Source: Polynucleobacter sp. MWH-HuK1
GTDB taxonomy: Bacteria; Pseudomonadota; Gammaproteobacteria; Burkholderiales; Burkholderiaceae
Direction: 5' to 3'
Length of the DNA: 22,373 nucleotides
Assembly (NCBI RefSeq): GCF_018881815.1
Contig: NZ_JACVPP010000001.1
Coordinates: forward strand, 408,979-431,351
In this document: positions 1-7,630 of the stretch, one piece after another
Layout of the letters: every line of letters begins with the position of its first letter
How positions within the stretch are numbered: position 1 is the first letter of the stretch
Made by a program: the position numbers and the translations under genes
The notes under the pieces: generated by a model
Databases searched by the model: none
Seen by the model: only the letters and a program-made list of their open reading frames with translations
Told to the model about the DNA's origin: nothing

Positions 1-375
1 ATTAACTGGCATGCCTTCTAAGCTATCTCGCGAGGTGAGGTACTTATTGACGAGGCTATCGACTTCTTCAATGTGGCGTTGCCCAACACCTTGTAGCTTT
101 AAGAACAAATCAATGACATCTGAGTCTGCTATTTCATAAACAATGGATTTACCTTGCCTGACAGTATTAACAATGCCCACTTGTTTGAGTACTTGAAGGT
201 GTTGCGACACATTGGCAATTGGCAGCTTAACCTTTTTGGCTAGGTCTTCAACAGCCGTAGGGCACTGAATAATTAGCTCTATAAGCTCTAAGCGCACTTC
301 AGAACCAAGGGCTTTTCCGAGTTTGGCAAATTGCTCGAACAGTTTTTGCTTGAAAGTCGTTTTTTGTTTAGGCAT
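1..375 (-). CDS. ArsR/SmtB-family winged-helix transcriptional regulator, partial (C-terminus runs off the left edge)
   Basis: Absent from the ORF track because there is no in-window stop. The reverse complement from ATG 375..373 reads MPKQKTTFKQKLFEQFAKLGKALGSEVRLELIELIIQCPTAVEDLAKKVKLPIANVSQHLQVLKQVGIVNTVRQGKSIVYEI..., an ArsR-type HTH pattern (VSQHLxxLxxxGlV). The frame stays open to base 1. Confidence 0.8.
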   Translation of the reverse strand, partial: MPKQKTTFKQKLFEQFAKLGKALGSEVRLELIELIIQCPTAVEDLAKKVKLPIANVSQHLQVLKQVGIVNTVRQGKSIVYEIADSDVIDLFLKLQGVGQRHIEEVDSLVNKYLTSRDSLEGMPVN

Positions 376-400
376 AATCATTCAATGATTTTATTGAATA
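376..400. promoter_or_regulatory. Candidate ArsR-type operator in a 40-bp divergent intergenic region
   Basis: Two overlapping inverted repeats: aatcatt-c-aatgatt (376-390) and attcaat-gatttt-attgaat (380-399). They lie between the ArsR start (375) and the ATG at 416. A GTGAGG Shine-Dalgarno sits at 404-409. Confidence 0.45.
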
Positions 401-415
401 TAAGTGAGGCTGTAA

Positions 416-841
416 ATGCTTAAAAAGCTCGTGGGCGTAATTATCTCTTCGGTTTCATTAAGTGTTCTAGCCAATAGCCCTGTTCCGCTAGAGATTAATG
501 GACAAAAAGCCTTGGTATTCATTAATCAAGATCCTCCTGGGACTAGATGTAATACCAACGTTCAAATTGCCGCAGAAATTGCTAATGCGTATCGACTGCC
601 AATTTTGATTCTGCCCCAAACAGCCGTTCCGCCATTAACGCCAGCTCCTTCAGTTTGGTACAACGGACAAAACATAGCGGCAAGTGGTGGCGCTCACAAT
701 GGCATGGTGAGCTATCAAATTATTGCGGACATTCTGGAATTAGAGGGAACCACCAAGCAGAAGAAGCAGGGTAAGTTATTTAACGATAGCGTGAGACCTG
801 AATTCGATAAGTTCAAATCAACTATTAAAACTGGGAAATAA
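416..841 (+). CDS. Exported hypothetical protein (signal peptide)
   Basis: The 141-aa ORF has an N-terminal hydrophobic signal-like segment, MLKKLVGVIISSVSLSVLA. Its stop abuts the next ATG (842), suggesting an operon. I recognise no family. Confidence 0.6.
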   Translation: MLKKLVGVIISSVSLSVLANSPVPLEINGQKALVFINQDPPGTRCNTNVQIAAEIANAYRLPILILPQTAVPPLTPAPSVWYNGQNIAASGGAHNGMVSYQIIADILELEGTTKQKKQGKLFNDSVRPEFDKFKSTIKTGK

Positions 842-1297
842 ATGATAAAACTATTCATTGCGCTTGCGCTCACATCATTCATGGCAAGCCCAGCGTTTGC
901 TGATAACAAAGCTATTGCTGTTGATGAGATGGCGGGTTATCTTGAGTTTGTAGACTATGGTGGGGCTACGATATTTCCTGAGCAGATACCCGCAGAAGAA
1001 TACAAGAAGATGATGGTGATTGATGCTAGAGATAAGGTTCAGTTTGATAAGAGCCATATTCCTGGAGCAGTCAACATTGAGTGGCGCCAAGTCTTGGCAC
1101 AAAAAGATAAGATTCCTAAGAACAAGCCCGTCTTAATCTACTGTAATACCGGTAGTCTGTCAGCACAGGCAGGCTTTGCTTTGCGTGTTGCTGGCTATGA
1201 GAATTTGCGCATTCTTCAGGGTGGCTATGAAGAGTGGAAAACTAAAGGTGGCATGGATGCCTACAAGAAGGCTGTTAATAAGCAACCCAAGCACTAG
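842..1297 (+). CDS. Rhodanese-domain sulfurtransferase, exported
   Basis: It has a signal-like N-terminus and the rhodanese active-site loop YCNTGSLSAQ (CxxGxxS) after the IDARD..F..SHIPGAVNI pattern. Confidence 0.8.
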   Translation: MIKLFIALALTSFMASPAFADNKAIAVDEMAGYLEFVDYGGATIFPEQIPAEEYKKMMVIDARDKVQFDKSHIPGAVNIEWRQVLAQKDKIPKNKPVLIYCNTGSLSAQAGFALRVAGYENLRILQGGYEEWKTKGGMDAYKKAVNKQPKH

Positions 1298-1300
1298 CAA

Positions 1301-1915
1301 ATGAACAAAAAAGAACACTGGGAAAAGGTCTACGGTACTAAAGCCCCTGATGCGGTTAGTTGGTATGCCCCGCATTTAGAGACTTCCTTAAATCTTATCT
1401 ATCAAGCTACAAGCAATAAAGATGCCGCAATTATTGATATTGGTGGCGGAGAAGCTACTTTAGTAGATGATTTGCTAACAGAGGGCTACAAAGACATTAG
1501 TGTTTTAGATATATCTCAAAAAGCAATTGATGTAGCTAGAGCTCGCATTGGTAAGCAGGCTGATAAGGTTCACTGGTATTGCGCTGACATTACACAGGCA
1601 ACATTACCTCAAGGCTATTTTGATATTTGGCACGATAGAGCAGTCTTTCATTTTCTAACTGAAGAAGCACAACGAGCAAGATATGTAGAACAAGTGATGC
1701 GCTCAGTTAGGCATGGTGGCTATGTGATTATGTCCACCTTTGGTCCTGAAGGACCTGAGAAGTGTAGTGGGTTAGATGTGGTTCGCTATAACGCAGAAAA
1801 TCTTCATGGACAGTTTGGCAAAAAATTCCAGCTCATTGATAGTTCAACTGAAATACATAAAACGCCTATGGGCACCACTCAACAATTTCTCTATTGTTTT
1901 TGTAGGATGGAGTGA
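1301..1915 (+). CDS. Class I SAM-dependent methyltransferase
   Basis: Motif I is IIDIGGGEATLVDDLL, followed by an acidic residue at the end of beta-2 (VLDIS) and CADIT. Length is 204 aa. Confidence 0.8.
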   Translation: MNKKEHWEKVYGTKAPDAVSWYAPHLETSLNLIYQATSNKDAAIIDIGGGEATLVDDLLTEGYKDISVLDISQKAIDVARARIGKQADKVHWYCADITQATLPQGYFDIWHDRAVFHFLTEEAQRARYVEQVMRSVRHGGYVIMSTFGPEGPEKCSGLDVVRYNAENLHGQFGKKFQLIDSSTEIHKTPMGTTQQFLYCFCRME

Positions 1916-1950
1916 TAGTTTTGTAGTAATCAAACTTAGTTAATTTGCTT

Positions 1951-1967
1951 TGTCGTTTCATACGACA
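1951..1967. repeat. Near-copy of the island palindrome (tgtcgtttcatacgaca)
   Basis: The core gtcgtttcatacgac differs by one base from the copy at 9295-9309 (gtcgtttcaaacgac). It is intergenic, between the methyltransferase and the DUF4395-like gene. Confidence 0.5.
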
Positions 1968-2001
1968 TACAGTTCACTATCTATATTAATGAGGGGTAAA
2001 C

Positions 2002-2754
2002 ATGACAACATCCATTTTTCAATTTGGGGAGATTAAGTCTGAATATCCAGTCGCAGTTTTGAATGAGCGAACAGTCAGAGCGGCCGCAGGTATTTTGTTT
2101 GTATTTGCCTTAATTTCATTTATGAATGCCTGGCTAATGGGAAACTTCTTTCCTACCAAGGTATTTGTATGCGCCTTTCTAATTGAATTTACGATCAGAA
2201 TTTTTATTAACCCCAAATTTGCGCCTGTCATGGTTTTGGCGCAGTGGTTGGTTAAGGGTCAGCAACCTGAATACACAGGGGCTCCACAGAAGCGTTTTGC
2301 CTGGTCAATCGGATTTATCCTGGCCGCCACCATGTTTTATTTGGTGGTGTTAAAAAGCGTAGTCGGACCATTCAATATTATTGTTTGCGCTTCCTGTTTG
2401 GCGCTGATGTTTTTTGAAACCTCTTTTGGTATTTGTATCGGCTGTAAGATTTACAACCTATTCAATAAAGCTCAAGCTCAGTTATGTCCGGGGAATTCAT
2501 GTGATATCAAAACAGAGCAACAAAACAATATATCTAAGAGTCAATTAGCAATACTGGTTTTATTTGCTGTGAGTGTGTTGGCTATCTTCAATTATTTCTC
2601 TGACAAATCAAATGAATCTACATTGTCATCGGCTACGAATGGGGTAATAAATAAAGAGGTAGACGTCAAAGAGGCTGAAAGATGTCGGGTGCCTGATTTT
2701 GCTAAAGCTATGGGGCATGAAGAAAAGTGGAAATTACACAACAACTGTAAATAA
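2002..2754 (+). CDS. Multi-pass membrane protein, DUF4395-like
   Basis: The 250-aa ORF has an N-terminus (FGE..YPVAVLNERTVRAAAGILF) and about 4 TM segments that match my recollection of DUF4395 proteins, which often sit beside rhodanese/ArsR genes. The family name is unverified. Confidence 0.65.
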   Translation: MTTSIFQFGEIKSEYPVAVLNERTVRAAAGILFVFALISFMNAWLMGNFFPTKVFVCAFLIEFTIRIFINPKFAPVMVLAQWLVKGQQPEYTGAPQKRFAWSIGFILAATMFYLVVLKSVVGPFNIIVCASCLALMFFETSFGICIGCKIYNLFNKAQAQLCPGNSCDIKTEQQNNISKSQLAILVLFAVSVLAIFNYFSDKSNESTLSSATNGVINKEVDVKEAERCRVPDFAKAMGHEEKWKLHNNCK

Positions 2755-2760
2755 AGAGTC

Positions 2761-2833
2761 AGGCATCCTCTGCCCTGGTCGATTCCGCCCCGGGCCACCA
2801 AGAAACACTAAAACCACCTTCGGGTGGTTTTTT
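2761..2833 (+). repeat. tRNA-3'-half-like + terminator module, copy F1
   Basis: It begins aggcatcct. Bases 2779-2800 (tcgattccgccccgggccacca) are identical to 13229-13250. Then come the spacer agaaacacta, the hairpin aaaccacc-ttcg-ggtggttt (2811-2830) and a T-run (2828-2833). It starts 7 nt after the stop at 2752-2754. Confidence 0.8.
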
Positions 2834-2859
2834 CATTTGGGCTCGGTTACATTGTTGCT

Positions 2860-4050
2860 ATGAAAGCGCTCAAGAAAAGAATCCTGGGGTCTTGTTGTGG
2901 TGCCCATATTCTTCATGATGGATATACCGACCTACTGTATGTCATGTTTCCCATTTGGCAAATGGCATTTGGTCTATCGCTTGCTGAAGTTGGCTCTTTA
3001 AAGACTTTATATTCGGGGGCAATGGCTTCGCTACAAGTCCCAGCAAGTATGTTGTCAGAAAAGGTCGGTGAAAAACGCCTATTGCTATTCGGCACTCTGA
3101 TTGCGGCAATTGGATTTTTATTATCTGGTTGGACTACCGGTTTTTTGGGTTTAGCAGCCTGTTTAGTTCTTAGCGGTATTGGCGCCAGTGTTCAGCATCC
3201 CCTTTCCTCCTCATTAACTTCCCATGCTTTTCAAGGTTCGGAATTAAGGGGCGCTTTGAGCACATATAACTTTTCTGGCGATATAGGGAAGGTGTTGTTG
3301 CCATCACTCTGTGCGGCTTTATTGGCAGTCTGGGATTGGCATACCGTAACCAGCGTGATGGGGCTCTTGGGATTGTTGGCTGTAATGTTCTTAGCAGTTG
3401 TTCTACCTAAAACAACAGTTACCAATCACTCTAAGACCCAGTTAAATAAGGCATCAAGTGATACAAGCGGAAAAGGTGCAGGCAGCAACTTTCTTAATCT
3501 AGGCTTTATTTCTTTATCGTCAATTGCTGCTATCGATAGCGCTACTCGTATGGGGTTTCTAACACTACTACCTTTTTTATTAATGTCTAAAGGCGCCACA
3601 GTCACGCAGGTAGGCTTTGCGCTGAGTTTAACTTTTGCTGGTGGCGCCGCAGGTAAATTTGTTTGCGGGTTTATCGCAGCTCGTTTTGGCGTAATCAAAA
3701 CCACTTTAATAACAGAGATTGCTACGTCTATTCTGATGGCTTTAACCTTGCCGCTAAATGTTGATGTTGTTATGTTGATGCTGCCATTAGTTGGTGTTGC
3801 CTTAAATGGAACATCCTCTGGGCTTTATGGAACTGTCCCCGAGTTAGTTCCACCGCACATGCGATCAAGAGCATTTGGAGTGTTTTATACAGTAACAATT
3901 GGTGCTGGTGCTATTTCACCTCTTGTTTATGGTTTTGCCGGGGATAGGCTTGGAGTTCCGAATACTATTGCCCTAATTGCTTGCTCAGTATTAATGGTGC
4001 TACCGCTGACTTTGGTTTTAAAAAAAGCTTTTAGAAGATTACAAGTCTAG
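2860..4050 (+). CDS. MFS transporter
   Basis: The product is hydrophobic with about 12 TM segments. I prefer ATG 2860 (MKALKKR...) because the track's GTG at 2824 lies inside the F1 terminator hairpin. Confidence 0.8.
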   Translation: MKALKKRILGSCCGAHILHDGYTDLLYVMFPIWQMAFGLSLAEVGSLKTLYSGAMASLQVPASMLSEKVGEKRLLLFGTLIAAIGFLLSGWTTGFLGLAACLVLSGIGASVQHPLSSSLTSHAFQGSELRGALSTYNFSGDIGKVLLPSLCAALLAVWDWHTVTSVMGLLGLLAVMFLAVVLPKTTVTNHSKTQLNKASSDTSGKGAGSNFLNLGFISLSSIAAIDSATRMGFLTLLPFLLMSKGATVTQVGFALSLTFAGGAAGKFVCGFIAARFGVIKTTLITEIATSILMALTLPLNVDVVMLMLPLVGVALNGTSSGLYGTVPELVPPHMRSRAFGVFYTVTIGAGAISPLVYGFAGDRLGVPNTIALIACSVLMVLPLTLVLKKAFRRLQV

Positions 4051-4054
4051 AGCT

Positions 4055-4132
4055 AGGATTGGATATCTTTAGGCTTGGTCGATTCCGCCTCAGGCCACCA
4101 AGAAATACTAAAACCACCTCCGGGTGGTTTTT
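4055..4132 (+). repeat. tRNA-3'-half-like + terminator module, copy F2
   Basis: Sequence is aggattggatatctttaggcttggtcgattccgcctcaggccacca + agaaatacta + the hairpin aaaccacc-tccg-ggtggttt (4111-4130) + a T-run. It starts 5 nt after the stop at 4048-4050. Confidence 0.8.
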
Positions 4133-4169
4133 GTTTGGAGAATTGCGTATGGGGCGCCTGATTAAGAAG

Positions 4170-4186
4170 TGTCCTTTAAAAGGACA
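4170..4186. repeat. Palindrome tgtccttt-a-aaaggaca (variant of the island palindrome)
   Basis: It has perfect 8-bp arms. It differs from GTCGTTT-N-AAACGAC by one symmetric change per arm (G to C and C to G). Confidence 0.6.
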
Positions 4187-4214
4187 TGTCAATTACGCAT
4201 CCCTGCGTCAGTCG

Positions 4215-4233
4215 ATGTCGTTTTAAACGACAT
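4215..4233. repeat. Island palindrome copy A (atgtcgttttaaacgacat)
   Basis: Perfect 9-bp arms surround a central t. The 19-mer is identical to 5372-5390. Confidence 0.85.
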
Positions 4234-4238
4234 TACAC

Positions 4239-4262
4239 ATATATACGCATATGCGTATATAT
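4239..4262. repeat. 24-nt perfect palindrome atatatacgcat|atgcgtatatat
   Basis: I read it directly and it is exactly self-complementary over 24 nt. It sits at the left end of the island, next to the 3' end of the ORF at 4270-4734. Confidence 0.85.
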
Positions 4263-4269
4263 AGAAATC

Positions 4270-4734
4270 TTACTTTCTTTGATTAAGTTTTCCCGAGCTC
4301 CATATGTCAAATTGCCGTTGAGCTTCAGCAGTGATGCCATCAATAGAGTCTTGGGGTAATTGCTTAAGGCATTCAGCTAACGCTTCGGGGCTGGGTTTTT
4401 CAGCAGGCTTGGTCTTCTTAATTTCTTGCGGCGATTTGCCATCCCAAGCAAATGGATTGCCAAACGCTGGTGTATCGGGCAGGCAATCATCTCTATAGAC
4501 TGGCGCATCATTTGTAGCAAATGGCGTAAATGAAATCGTTCTTTCAAAGATGAGTGATTTGCCTGTTGGTGTAGGTGGCAGAGCTGGCATAGACTTCATT
4601 GCCTTTCTAGCTAATTGCTCCGCTTTATCGGAAGTTTTCCAAAGCGTTTCTACTTTAGTAACAGTTCCATTTGGAGCAATTTCAATGCTGAATCTCACAT
4701 GTCCTTGGTCTGGAGACCCTGCTCCAAAAATCAA
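4270..4734 (-). CDS. Hypothetical protein with a TonB-C-terminal-like segment; possibly a gene remnant
   Basis: GHVRFSIEIAPNGTVTKVETLWKTSDKAEQLARKAMKSM resembles the TonB C-terminal fold signature. The track start is TTG (rc of 4732-4734), with an in-frame stop 5 codons upstream. There is no TM or Pro-rich N-terminal part and no Shine-Dalgarno. Confidence 0.45.
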   Translation of the reverse strand: MIFGAGSPDQGHVRFSIEIAPNGTVTKVETLWKTSDKAEQLARKAMKSMPALPPTPTGKSLIFERTISFTPFATNDAPVYRDDCLPDTPAFGNPFAWDGKSPQEIKKTKPAEKPSPEALAECLKQLPQDSIDGITAEAQRQFDIWSSGKLNQRK

Positions 4735-4765
4735 GAAAATTAATGACTATGGGCAAACATTAGTT

Positions 4766-5137
4766 GTGGATGATGAAAAAAACATTCATGCCAAATATTT
4801 CTTTAGTCCTGATAAAAGACAAAATAAAGGCTTATTAATTCCTGTTGCCGCGCAAGTGGAGAACTTAACAATAGCTAAGTGGGAAAGAATTTCTATTCAG
4901 GGCAAGCTTGAGAGAAAGTTTAATCAAAAGGGATGGTTCAAGTGTCTTCAGGACTCACAAGGTTTTTATACGGAAATTGTTTTTGGTGAGCCGATAAAAT
5001 ACGAAATATGGATTAAATTAGTTGAAGATGGAGATGTATTTTTCGGTAGCGGGATGTACGAGGGAAATGCTAGACCATATTCTCAGTGGCGAGCTTCAAA
5101 CACGTTTTGGAATAAATTAATTACTAGCCGATACTAG
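4766..5137 (+). CDS. Hypothetical protein, start uncertain (GTG 4766 proposed)
   Basis: The 195-codon open frame 4550-5137 is antisense to 4270-4734 for its first 185 nt. Only the non-overlapping part looks protein-like (KYFFSPDKRQNKGLLIPV...WFKCLQDSQGFYTEIVFGEPIKYEIWIKLVEDGD). There is no in-frame ATG after 4735 until late in the frame. Confidence 0.35.
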   Translation: MDDEKNIHAKYFFSPDKRQNKGLLIPVAAQVENLTIAKWERISIQGKLERKFNQKGWFKCLQDSQGFYTEIVFGEPIKYEIWIKLVEDGDVFFGSGMYEGNARPYSQWRASNTFWNKLITSRY

Positions 5138-5164
5138 GTTGCCCATACATTTTATTGAAAATAA

Positions 5165-5199
5165 ACTTGCTGTATGAGCTCAAAACTTTTACAGCAAGT
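5165..5199 (+). promoter_or_regulatory. 10-bp-stem hairpin or operator immediately upstream of the integrase start
   Basis: acttgctgta (5165-5174) pairs perfectly with tacagcaagt (5190-5199) across a 15-nt loop. It ends 2 nt before ATG 5202 and covers where a Shine-Dalgarno would be. No T-run follows it. Confidence 0.5.
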
Positions 5200-5201
5200 C
5201 G

Positions 5202-6476
5202 ATGTCTAAAGACGTAGTCACTAAACTTACAAATCTAGAAGTTCTCCCCTCACCTCAGCATAAATCTCAATCCACAGTCTTAGGCCAACTTAAATACGCA
5301 GAGCCTACAGAGCTTTATTTACGTGACGGTGACGTAGTACTCTTTCGCAGACCAAATAGCCCTCTCTGGCAATGTCGTTTTAAACGACATGACAACACAT
5401 GGGACAGAGTCTCAACCAAGCAAGCATCAATTGAACATGCCGTCAGAGTTGCCTGTGATTTATATGATGAAGCCAGATTTCGCCAGCGGTTGGGGCTTGC
5501 GCAAAAAGCACCTACATTCGCAGAAATAGCGCACGCCACACTTTATGAAATGCGACGTGATTTGGATGAAGGCATTGGTAAGGTGGTTTACCTAAGCTAT
5601 ATCACTTGTATTGAGAAATACTTTTTGCCTTATTTCATGGATAAGCGACTAGAGGAAATAACCTATACAGACGTTCATGAGTTTGAGATTTGGCGTAATA
5701 GACAAATGCGACTAGTGCCTAAATCCAGCACCTTAATGAACTTTGCCAGTGCTTGGGCGAAGCTACAGCAGACAGCAGTTAATAAAGGCTGGATAAGTGA
5801 GCGAGTGGCAATACCTAAATTAACTACTCGTGGGCATAAAGGTAAAACTCGTCCTGCCTTTAGCCGCGAAGAGATTACCAAGTTATTTGAATATATGGAG
5901 AGGTGGGCCAAGGAAGGCCGCCTAGAGGTAGAGCGGGAGATAAGGCCTTTAGTACGTGACTATGTAGAGATGCTTTTGCTAACTGGCATGCGACATGGTA
6001 CTGAAGCACTCAATATTTGCTGGAACAATATTGAATGGCATACCAATGATGGCAAGAAATATCTGCGTATATGGGTGGATGGCAAAACTGGCGGTCGCTG
6101 GCTAATAGCTAAACATAGGGCTGTTGATGTTCTCAAGAGATTACATAGCCGCCAAAAAGCTGTGTATGACATTCCGTTTGATAGATTGTTTGAATCTCGT
6201 GCGCCGCAAAGGATATTTGTGATGGCAGATGGGCATCAACCTTTGCGTATTGATGGCACATTTAAGAAGCTTATGCGAGATAGTGGATTAGCCAGAAGTC
6301 AGGATGGGCAAATGCGTACCTTGTACTCATTGCGACATACTTACGCAACATTAGAGCTACTAGAGAATAAGACGGATATTCACACGCTGGCTAAGCAAAT
6401 GGGAAATAGTGCCGCCATGATTGAGAGGCACTATTCAAAACTGACTCCCACTATGGCGGCTGAGCAATTGGCGTAA
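5202..6476 (+). CDS. int: Tyrosine-type site-specific integrase (phage integrase family), 424 aa
   Basis: Catalytic signature: LLLLTGMRHGTEAL (box I Arg), YSLRHTYATLEL (HxxR) and MGNSAAMIERHYSK (Tyr). A long N-terminal arm/core-binding region is present. Confidence 0.9.
   Translation: MSKDVVTKLTNLEVLPSPQHKSQSTVLGQLKYAEPTELYLRDGDVVLFRRPNSPLWQCRFKRHDNTWDRVSTKQASIEHAVRVACDLYDEARFRQRLGLAQKAPTFAEIAHATLYEMRRDLDEGIGKVVYLSYITCIEKYFLPYFMDKRLEEITYTDVHEFEIWRNRQMRLVPKSSTLMNFASAWAKLQQTAVNKGWISERVAIPKLTTRGHKGKTRPAFSREEITKLFEYMERWAKEGRLEVEREIRPLVRDYVEMLLLTGMRHGTEALNICWNNIEWHTNDGKKYLRIWVDGKTGGRWLIAKHRAVDVLKRLHSRQKAVYDIPFDRLFESRAPQRIFVMADGHQPLRIDGTFKKLMRDSGLARSQDGQMRTLYSLRHTYATLELLENKTDIHTLAKQMGNSAAMIERHYSKLTPTMAAEQLA
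5372..5390. repeat. Island palindrome copy B, inside the integrase CDS
   Basis: atgtcgttttaaacgacat is identical to copy A. It encodes (Q)CRFKRH at int codons 57-63. Confidence 0.85.
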
Positions 6477-6478
6477 AA

Positions 6479-6500
6479 AAGCCCACTAAAAAGTGGGCTT
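6479..6500. terminator. Bidirectional intrinsic terminator between convergent genes
   Basis: aagcccac-taaaaa-gtgggctt is flanked by an A-run on the left and T/A-rich sequence on the right. It lies between the int stop (6476) and the stop of 6509-6916. Confidence 0.75.
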
Positions 6501-6508
6501 AAAGAGAG

Positions 6509-6916
6509 TTAATTGAGTTGCTGAATTTCTATGCCCTCAATAAAAGTTGGGCGTTTCTTTGGCATTTCATATTTAGAATTCAATCCTTCGGAGGGATTAA
6601 ATGAATCAGGGTGAATTAGTGCGACCCTGCTATTATTTAAATATGCTGATAAGGTCGCAAGAATCACGCAATCATCACAAAAATTCTTCCACCTTTGATT
6701 GCTAGATACGGCTAGGTGAGGATTAGAGTCAAAAAACTTGTCTTCCAAAGGCAGTGAATATTCAAGTCTTTTAAGCAAGCCCTTCAAAAATGATTCATCT
6801 TTTTGGGTGCGGTATTTATTCATATGCCATTCAAGATTAGATTGACTTGCCATAACAATTGTTGATAAACCAAATGGTGCCATGTAGACGCCATGGTGAA
6901 TATCTCGACTTTTCAT
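6509..6916 (-). CDS. Hypothetical protein (135 aa), translationally coupled to the AAA+ gene
   Basis: Its start overlaps the AAA+ stop in an ATGA (6913-6916). An AAGGAG Shine-Dalgarno sits at 6924-6929 (rc). I recognise no family. Confidence 0.7.
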   Translation of the reverse strand: MKSRDIHHGVYMAPFGLSTIVMASQSNLEWHMNKYRTQKDESFLKGLLKRLEYSLPLEDKFFDSNPHLAVSSNQRWKNFCDDCVILATLSAYLNNSRVALIHPDSFNPSEGLNSKYEMPKKRPTFIEGIEIQQLN

Positions 6917-7575
6917 ATCGCTACTCCTTTCCGCCTAGCTAACCGCTTGAGGCCATGATTAAGATTTCTAAATGACCCATTTGCCAATGAAATAGCCTCT
7001 AATAAAACTTCGTCGTTTAAAAAGACATTTTTATTTTGGGCGATTTCTTTTGCTAATGGCAAATACTCCTCAGGAGCGCCCGCATTCATTTCAATCAAAA
7101 CACATCTATCTTTAAGGCCTTTATCAAGCTCAGATATGTTGTTGGTTGTCAGAATAAAAACTGCCCTATGAGTATTCATGGCTGATTTCAAACTCTGCTG
7201 AGCTAACTTGGTTAGGTTATCGACTTCATCAAGGATGATGTAGTGAAGCCCGCTAGAGTTAAAGGACATGACGTTTAAGATATTGCCTATAAGTGTCATT
7301 ACCTGCGGCCCATTGAATCCCTGCTGACAGCCGATAAAGGTTTCCGGGCTATTTAAGCCAACTCCAGCTTTACCTTTTTCGATTGCGTCAGGTAGCAAGT
7401 TCGCGAGAGTGGTTTTTCCTGTCCCATAGACTCCGTAAAGAAGTAATCCTGATTTGCCGCTTGAAGGGATCTCTTCGATATTTGTGACAATATCTTCGAT
7501 TCGTAATCGACTTTCAGGATTGCTGTAGTAGATGTCAAAAACATTTTGAGGCGCATTTTGGTTCTCCTTGTTCAT
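6913..7575 (-). CDS. AAA+ ATPase with clamp-loader (RFC/DnaX/HolB)-like motifs, 220 aa
   Basis: Walker A is LLYGVYGTGKTT, Walker B is YIILDEVDNL, sensor-1 is FILTTNN, and an SRC-like DRC motif occurs in KGLKDRCVLIEM. A strong AAGGAG Shine-Dalgarno (rc of 7564-7569) precedes the start. Confidence 0.8.
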   Translation of the reverse strand: MNKENQNAPQNVFDIYYSNPESRLRIEDIVTNIEEIPSSGKSGLLLYGVYGTGKTTLANLLPDAIEKGKAGVGLNSPETFIGCQQGFNGPQVMTLIGNILNVMSFNSSGLHYIILDEVDNLTKLAQQSLKSAMNTHRAVFILTTNNISELDKGLKDRCVLIEMNAGAPEEYLPLAKEIAQNKNVFLNDEVLLEAISLANGSFRNLNHGLKRLARRKGVAI

Positions 7576-7599
7576 TTGTAATTCCTTTCAGTGTTTAAT

Positions 7600-7623
7600 G
7601 GTGGTGGCAGTTAAGCCACCACC
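7600..7623. terminator. 9-bp GC-rich hairpin between 7631-8419 and the AAA+ gene (possible attenuator)
   Basis: The hairpin is ggtggtggc-agttaa-gccaccacc. On the minus strand it is not followed by a clean T-run, so its termination efficiency is uncertain. Confidence 0.4.
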
Positions 7624-7630
7624 TGTTTGG

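Noticed and set aside
715-3704. Minus-strand ORFs 715-909, 875-1102, 1160-1375, 2019-2231, 2592-2801, 2913-3095, 3231-3425 and 3426-3704
   Set aside because: All lie antisense within longer plus-strand genes that have recognisable motifs. Their products are low-complexity, Ser/Leu/Arg-rich translations without Shine-Dalgarno sequences, so they are shadow ORFs.
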